Source: Dehalococcoidia bacterium
GTDB taxonomy: Bacteria > Chloroflexota > Dehalococcoidia > Lucifugimonadales > JAGWBF01
Direction of reading: 5' to 3'
DNA length: 64,000 bases
NCBI GenBank assembly: GCA_965261965.1
Contig: OZ253489.1
Coordinates: 3,026,281 to 3,090,280, forward strand
A program made the translations under genes and the position numbers. The notes below the pieces were generated by a model. It did not search any database, was not told where the DNA came from, and saw nothing but the letters and a program-made list of their open reading frames with translations. Positions 28,847 through 37,220 of the stretch are shown piece after piece. How positions within the stretch are numbered: position 1 is the first letter of the stretch; every line of letters begins with the position of its first letter.

Positions 28847-30042
28847 GATTCGAACTCGCCGCGGCAGAGGCAGAGGCAGGTGATGTCGTCGGATTGGGGG
28901 GCATCGCCCACGAAGTCAGTTACAGCTTGGAAGATGGCGGCGTTGGCATCCTGGCCGTTTTTGGGGGCCCCGGCTGCGAATATTTTTAGGAGGCGGTCAT
29001 TTCCAAACTCTTCGTCCCCGTGGTTCATGGCTTCGGTGACTCCGTCTGTGTAGAGGACGATGGCATCGCCGGAAGAGAGGGTGACCTTGCCCTCTTGGTA
29101 TTCAAGACAGGGCACCAGACCGAGGGCGATGCCGTCGGTGGTGGGCAGGAGTTCCGAGCTTCCGTCGGGGCTCACCATGAGGGGGGAGTTGTGGCCGCCG
29201 CTGGCGTAGGTAAGGGACCCTGTGGCGGGATTATATTCTGCGTAGAGAATGGTGACAAACATAGCGGCATCATTATCTTGGGTGAGGAGATCATTGACCT
29301 CGCGGAGCACCTCGCCCGGAGAGTTGCTGCCGATAGCCGCACCCTTGAGGAGGGTGCGGGTGGACATCATGAAGAGGGCGGCGGGGACACCCTTGCCTGA
29401 AACATCTGCGACAGCCAGACCGATCTGGCCGTTATTAAGGCGCATGATGTCGTAGAAGTCGCCCCCGACACTGAGTGCCGGTTCCATGTTGCCGAAGATA
29501 TGGTAGTCGGGACTTTTGGGGAACTGGGTGGGCAGGATGGACTGTTGCATACTGCTGGCGACTTCCAGTTCGTTCTGGAGAGCAACCAGCTTATCCCTGG
29601 AGGAAAGAGCTTCGCGCCACTCGGCTATGTTGCTGAGTGTGCGTTCGATGGTGACCTCCAAGTCTTCGAAGTCGATGGGTTTGGTGACGAAGTCGAAAGC
29701 TCCGCGGTTCATGGCGGTGCGGATGTTCTTCATATCCCCGTATGCGGAGATAATCACTGCACGCAGTTCTGGATCGACGTTGGGGATCTGTTCGAGGAGG
29801 GTAAGGCCATCCATACGGGGCATGTTGATATCGGAGAGGACCATGTCGATTCCCGGATCTTCGTGAAGCTTGTCCAGTGCTTCAAAGCCGTTTTGGGCGA
29901 AGACGAAGGTGTACCGGCCGGACCGGATATGGCGGCGCATGCGCTGGAGCATGAGCGGTTCTACATCCGGCTCATCATCCACCACCAGAATTTTGCGGGG
30001 TCTCGGTGTTGCCATGCCCTGATTAGAGGCTCCGGTCACCAT
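28843..30042 (-). CDS. Response-regulator receiver fused to PP2C (SpoIIE/RsbU-type) serine phosphatase
   Basis: REC: KILVVDDEPD...MVLSDINMPRMDG...KP. PP2C: GGDFYD, DVSGKGVPAALFM, LYTDGVTEA. The ATG at 30042 directly follows the TAA of the STAS gene; ATG at 30015 is an alternative start. Confidence 0.85.
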   Translation of the reverse strand: MVTGASNQGMATPRPRKILVVDDEPDVEPLMLQRMRRHIRSGRYTFVFAQNGFEALDKLHEDPGIDMVLSDINMPRMDGLTLLEQIPNVDPELRAVIISAYGDMKNIRTAMNRGAFDFVTKPIDFEDLEVTIERTLSNIAEWREALSSRDKLVALQNELEVASSMQQSILPTQFPKSPDYHIFGNMEPALSVGGDFYDIMRLNNGQIGLAVADVSGKGVPAALFMMSTRTLLKGAAIGSNSPGEVLREVNDLLTQDNDAAMFVTILYAEYNPATGSLTYASGGHNSPLMVSPDGSSELLPTTDGIALGLVPCLEYQEGKVTLSSGDAIVLYTDGVTEAMNHGDEEFGNDRLLKIFAAGAPKNGQDANAAIFQAVTDFVGDAPQSDDITCLCLCRGEFES

Positions 30043-30435
30043 TTAGCTGACTGAAGAAAGCGCATCGGATTGGGCGCTATGAAGGGAGATGATCTTGTCA
30101 AAGCCGCTGATCTGAAACACTTCGTTGATAGAATCTGAGAGGGAGCAGACAGCGAACTTACCGGACTTGCCCTGCATCTGTCTGGCGATGAGCAGGATGA
30201 CCCTGAGGCCGGCGCTGCTGATGTAGGAGAGGTCTTCTAGGTCCAAGACCAAGGCGGTGACATCATCGGTCAAGAGGGATTCCAAGGCAGTTTGGAACTC
30301 ACGAGCATTGCTGCCGTCGACGCGGCCGCCGGTCTTTGCGACCAAGGCTCCGGCTTTCTGCTCGCCCTGCACCTTCAGGTTTTTGATGTTGACAATGGTC
30401 CGGGCTGCTTCACCTTGTTGACCTGTAGTTTCCAT
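30043..30435 (-). CDS. STAS-domain anti-sigma-factor antagonist (RsbV/SpoIIAA-like)
   Basis: 130 aa from ATG 30435 (METTGQQ), 9 nt after AAGGAG. LDLEDLSYISSAGLRVILL contains the conserved phosphorylatable Ser region. The longer ORF-track start at 30576 adds a non-STAS extension. Confidence 0.8.
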   Translation of the reverse strand: METTGQQGEAARTIVNIKNLKVQGEQKAGALVAKTGGRVDGSNAREFQTALESLLTDDVTALVLDLEDLSYISSAGLRVILLIARQMQGKSGKFAVCSLSDSINEVFQISGFDKIISLHSAQSDALSSVS

Positions 30436-30616
30436 AGAGGCCTGCTCCTTTATGATGGCAATGCTGAATTCAGTTTGACAGGCGACGCCAGCATCTGCGG
30501 GGGTCATCCAGCCCCGCATCCCTTGCAGGTGCGCCGGACCCCGATTCTCGGTGCTCTCGCCTATAGTAGCGCCCAATCTGAATGACCGGGACCAAGCTAG
30601 CGCACATTATAACATA

Positions 30617-30702
30617 TAGTGATGATGATAGCCCATCTCCCGCCTAGTGATGATGATAGCGTATCTCCCGACCCGTGATGATGATAGCGTATCGCTCGAC
30701 CC
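30617..30702 (+). repeat. Three tandem 28-30-bp units (TA)GTGATGATGATAGC-N-TCTCCCG-N
   Basis: Units at 30617-30644, 30645-30674 and 30675-30702. Located in the divergent region upstream of the STAS operon, next to repeat array 1. Confidence 0.8.
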
Positions 30703-30730
30703 TTATGTAGCGGACCCGATTTGGCGAACA

Positions 30731-31985
30731 ATGCAGGCGATCCTCCCCCCTGTTGTAGCCCTGAGCAGCAGTCCCCTCCCCTCCCTGCTTGTCATTCTTT
30801 ACTCTGAGGAACAGCCTTCCTCCGTTGTCATTCTGAGGAGCGCACGACGAAGAATCTAAGATGCCTGCTCACCCGAAGGACCGGCGTAGTAATGGACAGG
30901 CCATCAGGGGCAGATATTAGATTCCTCACTCCGTTCGGAATGACAGTGAGGAGCGTTCGGAATGACATGTTAATGACATGGTATTGATGTCATTCTGACG
31001 AGTGCCTTCCCTCCCTGTCATTCTGAGAAGCGCACGACGAAGAATCTAAGATGCTCCCCAGAGGGAGTCCGTCGCTCCGAAGAGTCCCCCATGTCGCCAG
31101 GATTTGAGATTCCTCACTACGTTCGGAATGACAACAAGGGGGCGCTCGGAATGACACGGAGACGTTCGGAATGGCAACGAGAATAAGAAAGGCGCGCCCC
31201 ATGACTCGGGGGGAGGCGGTCCAGGATGACAATAGGGAACGGTCATTCCGAGGAGTGCCTTCCCTTCCTGTCATTCTGAGGAGCGCACGACGAAGAATCT
31301 AAGGTGCCTGCTCACACAAAGGCTCGTCGTAGTAATGGACAGGCCATCAGGGGCAGATAGTAGATTCCTCACTCCGTTCGGAATGACAGTGGGGAGCGTT
31401 CGGAATGACAGTGGGGAGCGTTCGGAATGACAGTGGGGAGCGTTCGGAATGACATGTTAATGACATGGTATTGATGTCATTCTGACGAGCAGCCCCCCTG
31501 TCATTCTGAGGAGTGCCTCCCCTCCTGTCATTCTGAGGAATACCTCCCCTCCCTGTCATTCTGAGGAGCGCACGACGAAGAATCTAAGGTGCCGGCTCAC
31601 ACAAAGGCTGGTCGTAGTAGTGGGCAGGTCATCAGGGGCAGATATTAGATTCCTCACTCCGTTTCGGAATGACAGTGGGGGGCTGCTCGGCATGACAGTG
31701 GAGAGCTTTCGGAATGACATGTTAATGACATGGTATTGATGTCATTCTGACGAGCAGCCCCCCTGTCATTCTGAGGAGCGCACGACGAAGAATCTAAGAT
31801 GCCTGCTCACACAAAGGCTCGTCGTAGTAGTGGGCAGGCCATCAGGGGCGGACCTTAGATTCCTCACTCCGTTCGGAATGACAATGGGGGGCTCGGAATG
31901 ACAACAAGGGGGCGTTCGGAACGACAACGGGGGGTTGCTCGGCATGACGCCATATGGATTGGCTGCACCGTTTCGGCATGACAAT
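30731..31985 (+). repeat. Composite palindromic repeat array 1 (forward orientation, 5 cores)
   Basis: Boundary box ATGCAGG at 30731. Cores at 30827-30945, 31017-31133 (variant interior), 31270-31388, 31555-31674 and 31765-31883. 27-29-bp A-units (GTCATTCTGAGGAG + C-rich tail) lie 5' of each core. 22-bp B-units (CGGAATGACAGTGGGGAGCGTT) lie 3'. The junction palindrome GAATGACATGTTAATGACATGGTATTGATGTCATTC sits between modules. Confidence 0.9.
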
Positions 31986-32140
31986 TGAAAGGCCCCGGCT
32001 CGGCCACGCCGGTTCTTTGCAGTAGGGTCGATTTTTGTTATACTTCCCAAAGCTATTTTCGGGTCATAGCCCGTTCGGTAGACGGGCAAAGTACCGTGCG
32101 TTGCGAAGCTAGTAAAGATCCGTTCAGGAGCGGAGGAAGA

Positions 32141-33424
32141 ATGCCGGCGTATGCTGTGATTGGTGCCCAATGGGGTGATGAAGGTAAAGGCAAGATCATT
32201 GATTACCTCGCCGAAAAAGCGGATTGTGTGGTGCGATACGGTGGCGGCAACAATGCGGGCCACACCGTAGTTAATGCACAGGGCCAGTTCAGCCTGCACC
32301 TGGTCCCATCGGGAATCTTTCGGCCTCAATCGACCTGCATCATAGGCAATGGCGTGGTTGTCGACCCGGATGTGCTCTTGGGGGAGCTTGATTATCTACG
32401 TTCCGCCGGTCTGGACACCAGCCGTTTGCAGGTCAGCGAACGGGCCCATCTGATTATGCCTTATCATTCTATCTTGGATAACTTGGAAGAGCGGTCCCGG
32501 GGAGAAGCAGCGATCGGCACCACGGGCATGGGAGTCGGACCTGCTTACGTGGACAAGACCGGACGCTCCGGGATCAGGGCCGGAGACCTTAAGGACCTCG
32601 CATCTCTGCTTCCCCAGTTGGAAAAGGTCGTCGAATCCAAAAATACCATAATCACCAAGGTTTATGAAGAAAGCCCTCTGTCCGTGTCGGAGGTCTACGA
32701 AAAATGCAAAGATTGGGCAGAGCGGCTCGGCAAGTACATTCAACCCGCGGAATTGACCGTCAGAGAAATCTTGGACCGTGGAGGCAATGTCCTCTTGGAG
32801 GGTGCTCAAGGAACGTTGCTTGACCTTGATCATGGCACCTATCCCTACGTAACCTCATCTTCCGCATCGGTTGGAGGCGCTTGTACCGGCTTGGGAATTA
32901 GCCCCCGGGAGATCCAGGGCATAACCGGGGTGTTCAAAGCTTACTGCACCCGCGTAGGCAGCGGGCCGATGCCCACGGAAATGTATGATGCAACCGCCGA
33001 AGCTCTGCGGGAAAAGGCGTGGGAGTATGGGTCCACTACGGGACGAGCCAGACGGATAGGGTGGTTCGATGGGGTAGCTGGCCGGTACAGCGCTCAGGTG
33101 AACGGCTTCACTTCCTTGGTGTTGACACGTCTGGACGTTCTGGATGGTCTTGATAGCATAAAGATATGTGTTGGATACAAGGTGGATGGTGAGCTTGTTC
33201 GGGACTTCCCAGCAAGAATATCAGTCCTGGAAAACTGCCAACCTGTCTTTGAAGAGCTGCCGGGCTGGGATGATCCTACGGCCAGCACTACCAAAAAATC
33301 CGATCTGCCAGAAAAAGCAGCCAACTACATTAGCTGTATAGAAGATCTGATCGGTTGTCCTGTTCACCTGATATCTACGGGGCCGGGTCGCGATGAGACG
33401 ATCCTTGTAGAAACCATCTTCTGA
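32141..33424 (+). CDS. purA: Adenylosuccinate synthetase
   Basis: MPAYAVIGAQWGDEGKGKIIDYL...GGGNNAGHTV. ATG 32141 follows GGAGGAAG. The ORF-track extension back to 31985 lies in repeat DNA. Confidence 0.95.
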   Translation: MPAYAVIGAQWGDEGKGKIIDYLAEKADCVVRYGGGNNAGHTVVNAQGQFSLHLVPSGIFRPQSTCIIGNGVVVDPDVLLGELDYLRSAGLDTSRLQVSERAHLIMPYHSILDNLEERSRGEAAIGTTGMGVGPAYVDKTGRSGIRAGDLKDLASLLPQLEKVVESKNTIITKVYEESPLSVSEVYEKCKDWAERLGKYIQPAELTVREILDRGGNVLLEGAQGTLLDLDHGTYPYVTSSSASVGGACTGLGISPREIQGITGVFKAYCTRVGSGPMPTEMYDATAEALREKAWEYGSTTGRARRIGWFDGVAGRYSAQVNGFTSLVLTRLDVLDGLDSIKICVGYKVDGELVRDFPARISVLENCQPVFEELPGWDDPTASTTKKSDLPEKAANYISCIEDLIGCPVHLISTGPGRDETILVETIF

Positions 33425-33607
33425 TCATACGCAATCGTGTAGAGAATTTTCAGGGGCAACCAGCGGGGGTCATCGGACTGTAGGGAATCCAGGCAGCGCC
33501 AGTTCGCCTAACCCACGTCCCGGCCAGCTTGGCTGGTAAAAGGCTACGGGAACCACAACCCAAAACGGGGTCCAGGGCGATCTTGGCGCACTCTGGGCTG
33601 GAATCTG

Positions 33608-34504
33608 CTAGCGGTTGACAGGTAGGTCTATTTCGTAATCCTTCAGTGCCTGGACTATTTGCTGCGAGTATTTTTCATCGGGCGGAACCAGCGGAAGCCT
33701 CGGCGCACCTACGTCGAATCCCACGTGGTTCAGAGCATATTTCACAGGAATCGGATTGGATACCACGAACAGTGCCTTGAACAGAGCCAGCAAGCGCCGG
33801 TGCTCTGCGGCTGCTTTTTCAATTTCCCCTTCCAACAACATTCCCATCATGGCTTGGATCTGGTTGCCGACCAGGTGGGCTGCCACGCTGACCACGCCGT
33901 AGCCGCCCATGGCCATTATGTGGAAGGTCTCGTTGTCGTTTCCACTCCACACCCGGAACCCGTCCACGGAGCCGTCAATGATCCGAGCAACCTGGTCCAT
34001 GTCACCGCCAGCCTCCTTGATGCCGACAATGTTATCTATGTGGCTTAGCTGGACGGTGGTTTTGTCGGTCATATTCAAGCTCGTCCGGCTGGGCACATTG
34101 TAGACAATGCAGGGTATGTGGATGCTTTGGGCTATGGCTTTGAAGTGCTGATACAAACCTTCTTGGGTCGGTTTGTTGTAGTAAGGAACCACCAAGAGGA
34201 CACCATCGGCGCCGACACGTTCGGCTTCTTGGCTTAGCTTGATGCTTTCAGCGGTGTTGTAAGTGCCGGTGCCGGCAATAATGCTGGCACGGCTGCCCAC
34301 AGCCTCCTTAAGCTCAGCGTACAACCTGAGCTTTTCTTCGGTGGTTACGGTAGGTCCTTCGCCCGTAGTGCCGGTGACGATCAGGCCGTCGCTGCCCGAA
34401 TCCACCAAGGCATTGGCCAGGTCTTTAGCCCTCTTGTAGTTGACCTCGCCATCTTGGTCGAAAGGGGTCACCATTGCTGTTAGCAGTCTTCCTAACTCTG
34501 CCAC
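33608..34504 (-). CDS. dapA: 4-hydroxy-tetrahydrodipicolinate synthase
   Basis: LLTAMVTPFDQDGEVNY...IVTGTTGEGPTVTTEEK...IVGIKEAGGD (Schiff-base Lys). Confidence 0.9.
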   Translation of the reverse strand: MAELGRLLTAMVTPFDQDGEVNYKRAKDLANALVDSGSDGLIVTGTTGEGPTVTTEEKLRLYAELKEAVGSRASIIAGTGTYNTAESIKLSQEAERVGADGVLLVVPYYNKPTQEGLYQHFKAIAQSIHIPCIVYNVPSRTSLNMTDKTTVQLSHIDNIVGIKEAGGDMDQVARIIDGSVDGFRVWSGNDNETFHIMAMGGYGVVSVAAHLVGNQIQAMMGMLLEGEIEKAAAEHRRLLALFKALFVVSNPIPVKYALNHVGFDVGAPRLPLVPPDEKYSQQIVQALKDYEIDLPVNR

Positions 34505-34544
34505 TGTGGACCTCCTGGTTTGAGGGATCGGGGCTCAGAATCGA

Positions 34545-36062
34545 TCAGTCTTTGATTACCTGACGATATGCGGGCTTTGTGGATAGTCCAGTTCCGTCTG
34601 TGTATATTTGCTTGATCTCGACGAAATCATCCAGTCCGTAGGGGCCGAGCTCTCTACCGACGCCGCTTTGTTTGTATCCTCCCCAGATCCCCTCCACCGG
34701 CTGTGCATAATTATCCCATATCCATACTGTCCCTGCACGGATGTTGCGGGCCACCCGCATAGCCCTGGTATAATCTCCGCTCCAGACCCCGGCCACCAGT
34801 CCATACGGCACATCATTGGCGAGGTCAACTGCTTCTTCCTCATCGCTGAAAGAGGTAACCACAACAACCGGCCCGAATACCTCCTCCTGACCCAGTGCGG
34901 AAGAATTGTCCACATTATCGAAGATGGTCGGATCTATGTAATAGCCATGTTCGAATGAGCTTCCCTCCAGCTTGTTGCCACCCGTAACCAGCGGAAACCC
35001 CGAATCCAGACCCATCTTGATATATTGCTGAACGATAGCTTCCTGAGATTTAGAGATAAGAGGCCCCATATCAGTCGACTGTTGGTCGGGGCGGCCGACC
35101 TCTATCGCTTTGGCCAAGGACACAACATGCTCAAGGAAGCTGTCGTGGATGCTGTCTTGCACCAGCAGTCTTGTGGTTGCGCCGCATGCTTGACCTGCAT
35201 TTCGGAACATGCCGAATATAGCAGCCCGCGCAGCGGCATCAAAATCAGAATCTTCGAAGACCACAAAGGAAGCTTTACCACCCAGTTCCAAGCTGATGCG
35301 CTTGACGTTCATCGCAGCTGCGGCAGCTATCCTCTCACCGGTTTCCGTTTCTCCTGTGAAGGATATCTTGTCGACCTTTGTGCTTTCGACCATCTCATTT
35401 CCAATGATGTTTCCGGGACCTGTTACGAAGTTCACCACCCCCGGAGGAGCTCCTGCCGCCTGCATCAGCTTGATCAGTTCGTATGTGGATTGAGGGGTGT
35501 AGCTTGCTGGTTTGAGCACCAAGGTGCACCCCACCGCCAAAGCGGGGGCAACCTTGCGGGCTGATTGTGTCAAAGGGAAGTTCCAGGGGGTGATCAGTCC
35601 CACCACGCCCATGGGCTCCTTGATCAGATTGATCATAGATCCACTTGGCTGGAAGAAGGTTTCGCCGTAAAGCTTACCTGCGTATCCGGCATAAAATTCG
35701 AATATGTCGGCTGCAGCATTGATATGGCCCACAGCTTGTCGGATGGGCATCCCGACTTCCAAGCGGACGATATCCGCCAGCTGTTCGGCGTTGGCGCGGA
35801 TCAGGCCGCTCGTCCGGTAGAGGACTTGTTCCCGGATCTTATAGTTGTTGACCCAGCCGCCGGCGTTGTTATCAAAAGCATTTCGAGCAGCATCAATGGC
35901 AGCACGTATATCCGATGCTGTGCCCTCTTCTGCGACGGTGACCGTAAACCGGTTGTCGGCGGGATTTTCGCGGTCGAACTGTTTGCCAGAAGAAGAAGCC
36001 CCTTCTTCGCCATTGATAAAGAGGGGACATCTGAAGGGTAACTGTGTCTCTGTAGGACTCAT
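34545..36062 (-). CDS. NAD(P)-dependent aldehyde dehydrogenase
   Basis: 505 aa. PWNFPL, VLKPAS, ELGGKA, and the catalytic region FRNAGQACGATTRLLV (Cys), EEVFGPV. Confidence 0.9.
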   Translation of the reverse strand: MSPTETQLPFRCPLFINGEEGASSSGKQFDRENPADNRFTVTVAEEGTASDIRAAIDAARNAFDNNAGGWVNNYKIREQVLYRTSGLIRANAEQLADIVRLEVGMPIRQAVGHINAAADIFEFYAGYAGKLYGETFFQPSGSMINLIKEPMGVVGLITPWNFPLTQSARKVAPALAVGCTLVLKPASYTPQSTYELIKLMQAAGAPPGVVNFVTGPGNIIGNEMVESTKVDKISFTGETETGERIAAAAAMNVKRISLELGGKASFVVFEDSDFDAAARAAIFGMFRNAGQACGATTRLLVQDSIHDSFLEHVVSLAKAIEVGRPDQQSTDMGPLISKSQEAIVQQYIKMGLDSGFPLVTGGNKLEGSSFEHGYYIDPTIFDNVDNSSALGQEEVFGPVVVVTSFSDEEEAVDLANDVPYGLVAGVWSGDYTRAMRVARNIRAGTVWIWDNYAQPVEGIWGGYKQSGVGRELGPYGLDDFVEIKQIYTDGTGLSTKPAYRQVIKD

Positions 36063-36145
36063 TTCTCACACCGATCTACGGAGGTTGGGGCAGGCCGAAC
36101 GGTAGCTGTAACACCATGCTTGCCCTTACCAAGGTTTGGAAGATT

Positions 36146-37204
36146 TTACACTGGATTACCGAATAAAAGGTAGCGGCTGCCTCCCTGGGGTGTCAGGCAG
36201 CCCCGGCGAAGCACCTCTTCTGCGATCTGAATGGCATTGAGAGCTGCGCCCTTTCGCAGGTTATCAGCTACGATCCACATAGCCAAGCTTCGGTCGGAAG
36301 AAACGTCTTGGCGGATTCGGCCAACGTATACATCGTCGGTGCCGGCGACACTCCAAGGTGTGGGATAGCTGTCGTCAGGCCCAGGACCCAATACGGTGAC
36401 TCCGGGCATCTGATGTAGCAGTTCCGTTGCCCGCTCAGGGGGCATGGGATCATGAAATTCCATATGTACTGCGGCACTATGGGAGATGAATACCGGTACC
36501 CTCACACACGTGGCTGACACAGGGATGTCTGGCAGGTGCATGATCTTCCGGGTTTCTTGCAGCATCTTTTGTTCTTCAAAGGTATAGCCGGTAGATGTAA
36601 ATTCATCGATGTGGGGAAGAACGTTGAAGGCGATCTGGCGAGGAAAGGATTTGACCTGGGCAGCTTCTCCGTCGAGGACCGCCCTGCTCTGCTGGCGGAG
36701 CTCCGTTATAGCTTCGCCGCCCGCCCCGGAAACCGACTGATAAGTGTCTGCGATGATGCGGGTTATGGGGTTTTCTTGTTGGAGAGGGTGGGCTGCCATC
36801 ACCAAGGGCGTCGTGGAGCAATTTGGGATGGAAATGATTCCTCGGTGCCACTCCACATCATCGCCGTTCACTTCTGGGACCACCAACGGAACATCCGGGT
36901 TCATACGGAAGCAGGAACTATCGTCAATGACCAAGGCTCCCGCTTCCACTGCAACAGGCCCCAGCTTGCCGCTCAGCTCGCTGTTGACCGATATGAAAGC
37001 GATATCCGCCCCACGGAACTGATCGGGAGTAGTCTCCCTGACTTCCAGCTCCTCACCTCGGACGGTCAGACGGGCGCCAGCGGAGCGCTTGGATGCTGTG
37101 AGCACTATGTTGCCTGCGGGGAACTTCCGCTGCTCCAATATTTTCAGAAATTCGCGGCCCACAGCCCCGGTGGCGCCAACGACCACTATGTTTGGTTCCT
37201 TCAT
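36146..37204 (-). CDS. asd: Aspartate-semialdehyde dehydrogenase
   Basis: VVVGATGAVGREFLKILEQRKFP, active site IPNCSTTPL, ~350 aa. Confidence 0.9.
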   Translation of the reverse strand: MKEPNIVVVGATGAVGREFLKILEQRKFPAGNIVLTASKRSAGARLTVRGEELEVRETTPDQFRGADIAFISVNSELSGKLGPVAVEAGALVIDDSSCFRMNPDVPLVVPEVNGDDVEWHRGIISIPNCSTTPLVMAAHPLQQENPITRIIADTYQSVSGAGGEAITELRQQSRAVLDGEAAQVKSFPRQIAFNVLPHIDEFTSTGYTFEEQKMLQETRKIMHLPDIPVSATCVRVPVFISHSAAVHMEFHDPMPPERATELLHQMPGVTVLGPGPDDSYPTPWSVAGTDDVYVGRIRQDVSSDRSLAMWIVADNLRKGAALNAIQIAEEVLRRGCLTPQGGSRYLLFGNPV

Positions 37205-37220
37205 CAGACGACCTTTGGTT

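Noticed and set aside
31270-31305. Hammerhead-ribozyme-like boxes CUGAGGA ... GAAG in every A-unit and core arm (GTCATTCTGAGGAGCGCACGACGAAGAATC).
   Set aside because: The intervening GCGCACGAC cannot form a stem II, as only a 2-bp/2-nt-loop option exists. No stem I/III partners with a cleavage-site triplet could be drawn, and the CUGAGGAG box is simply part of the repeat consensus.
30731-31985. Possible CRISPR arrays, because of regularly spaced short direct repeats.
   Set aside because: The periods of 20-29 bp are too short. The segments between conserved boxes are 6-14 nt and nearly identical to one another, so they are not unique spacers. No cas genes or leader are present, and the arrays are palindromic around a core.
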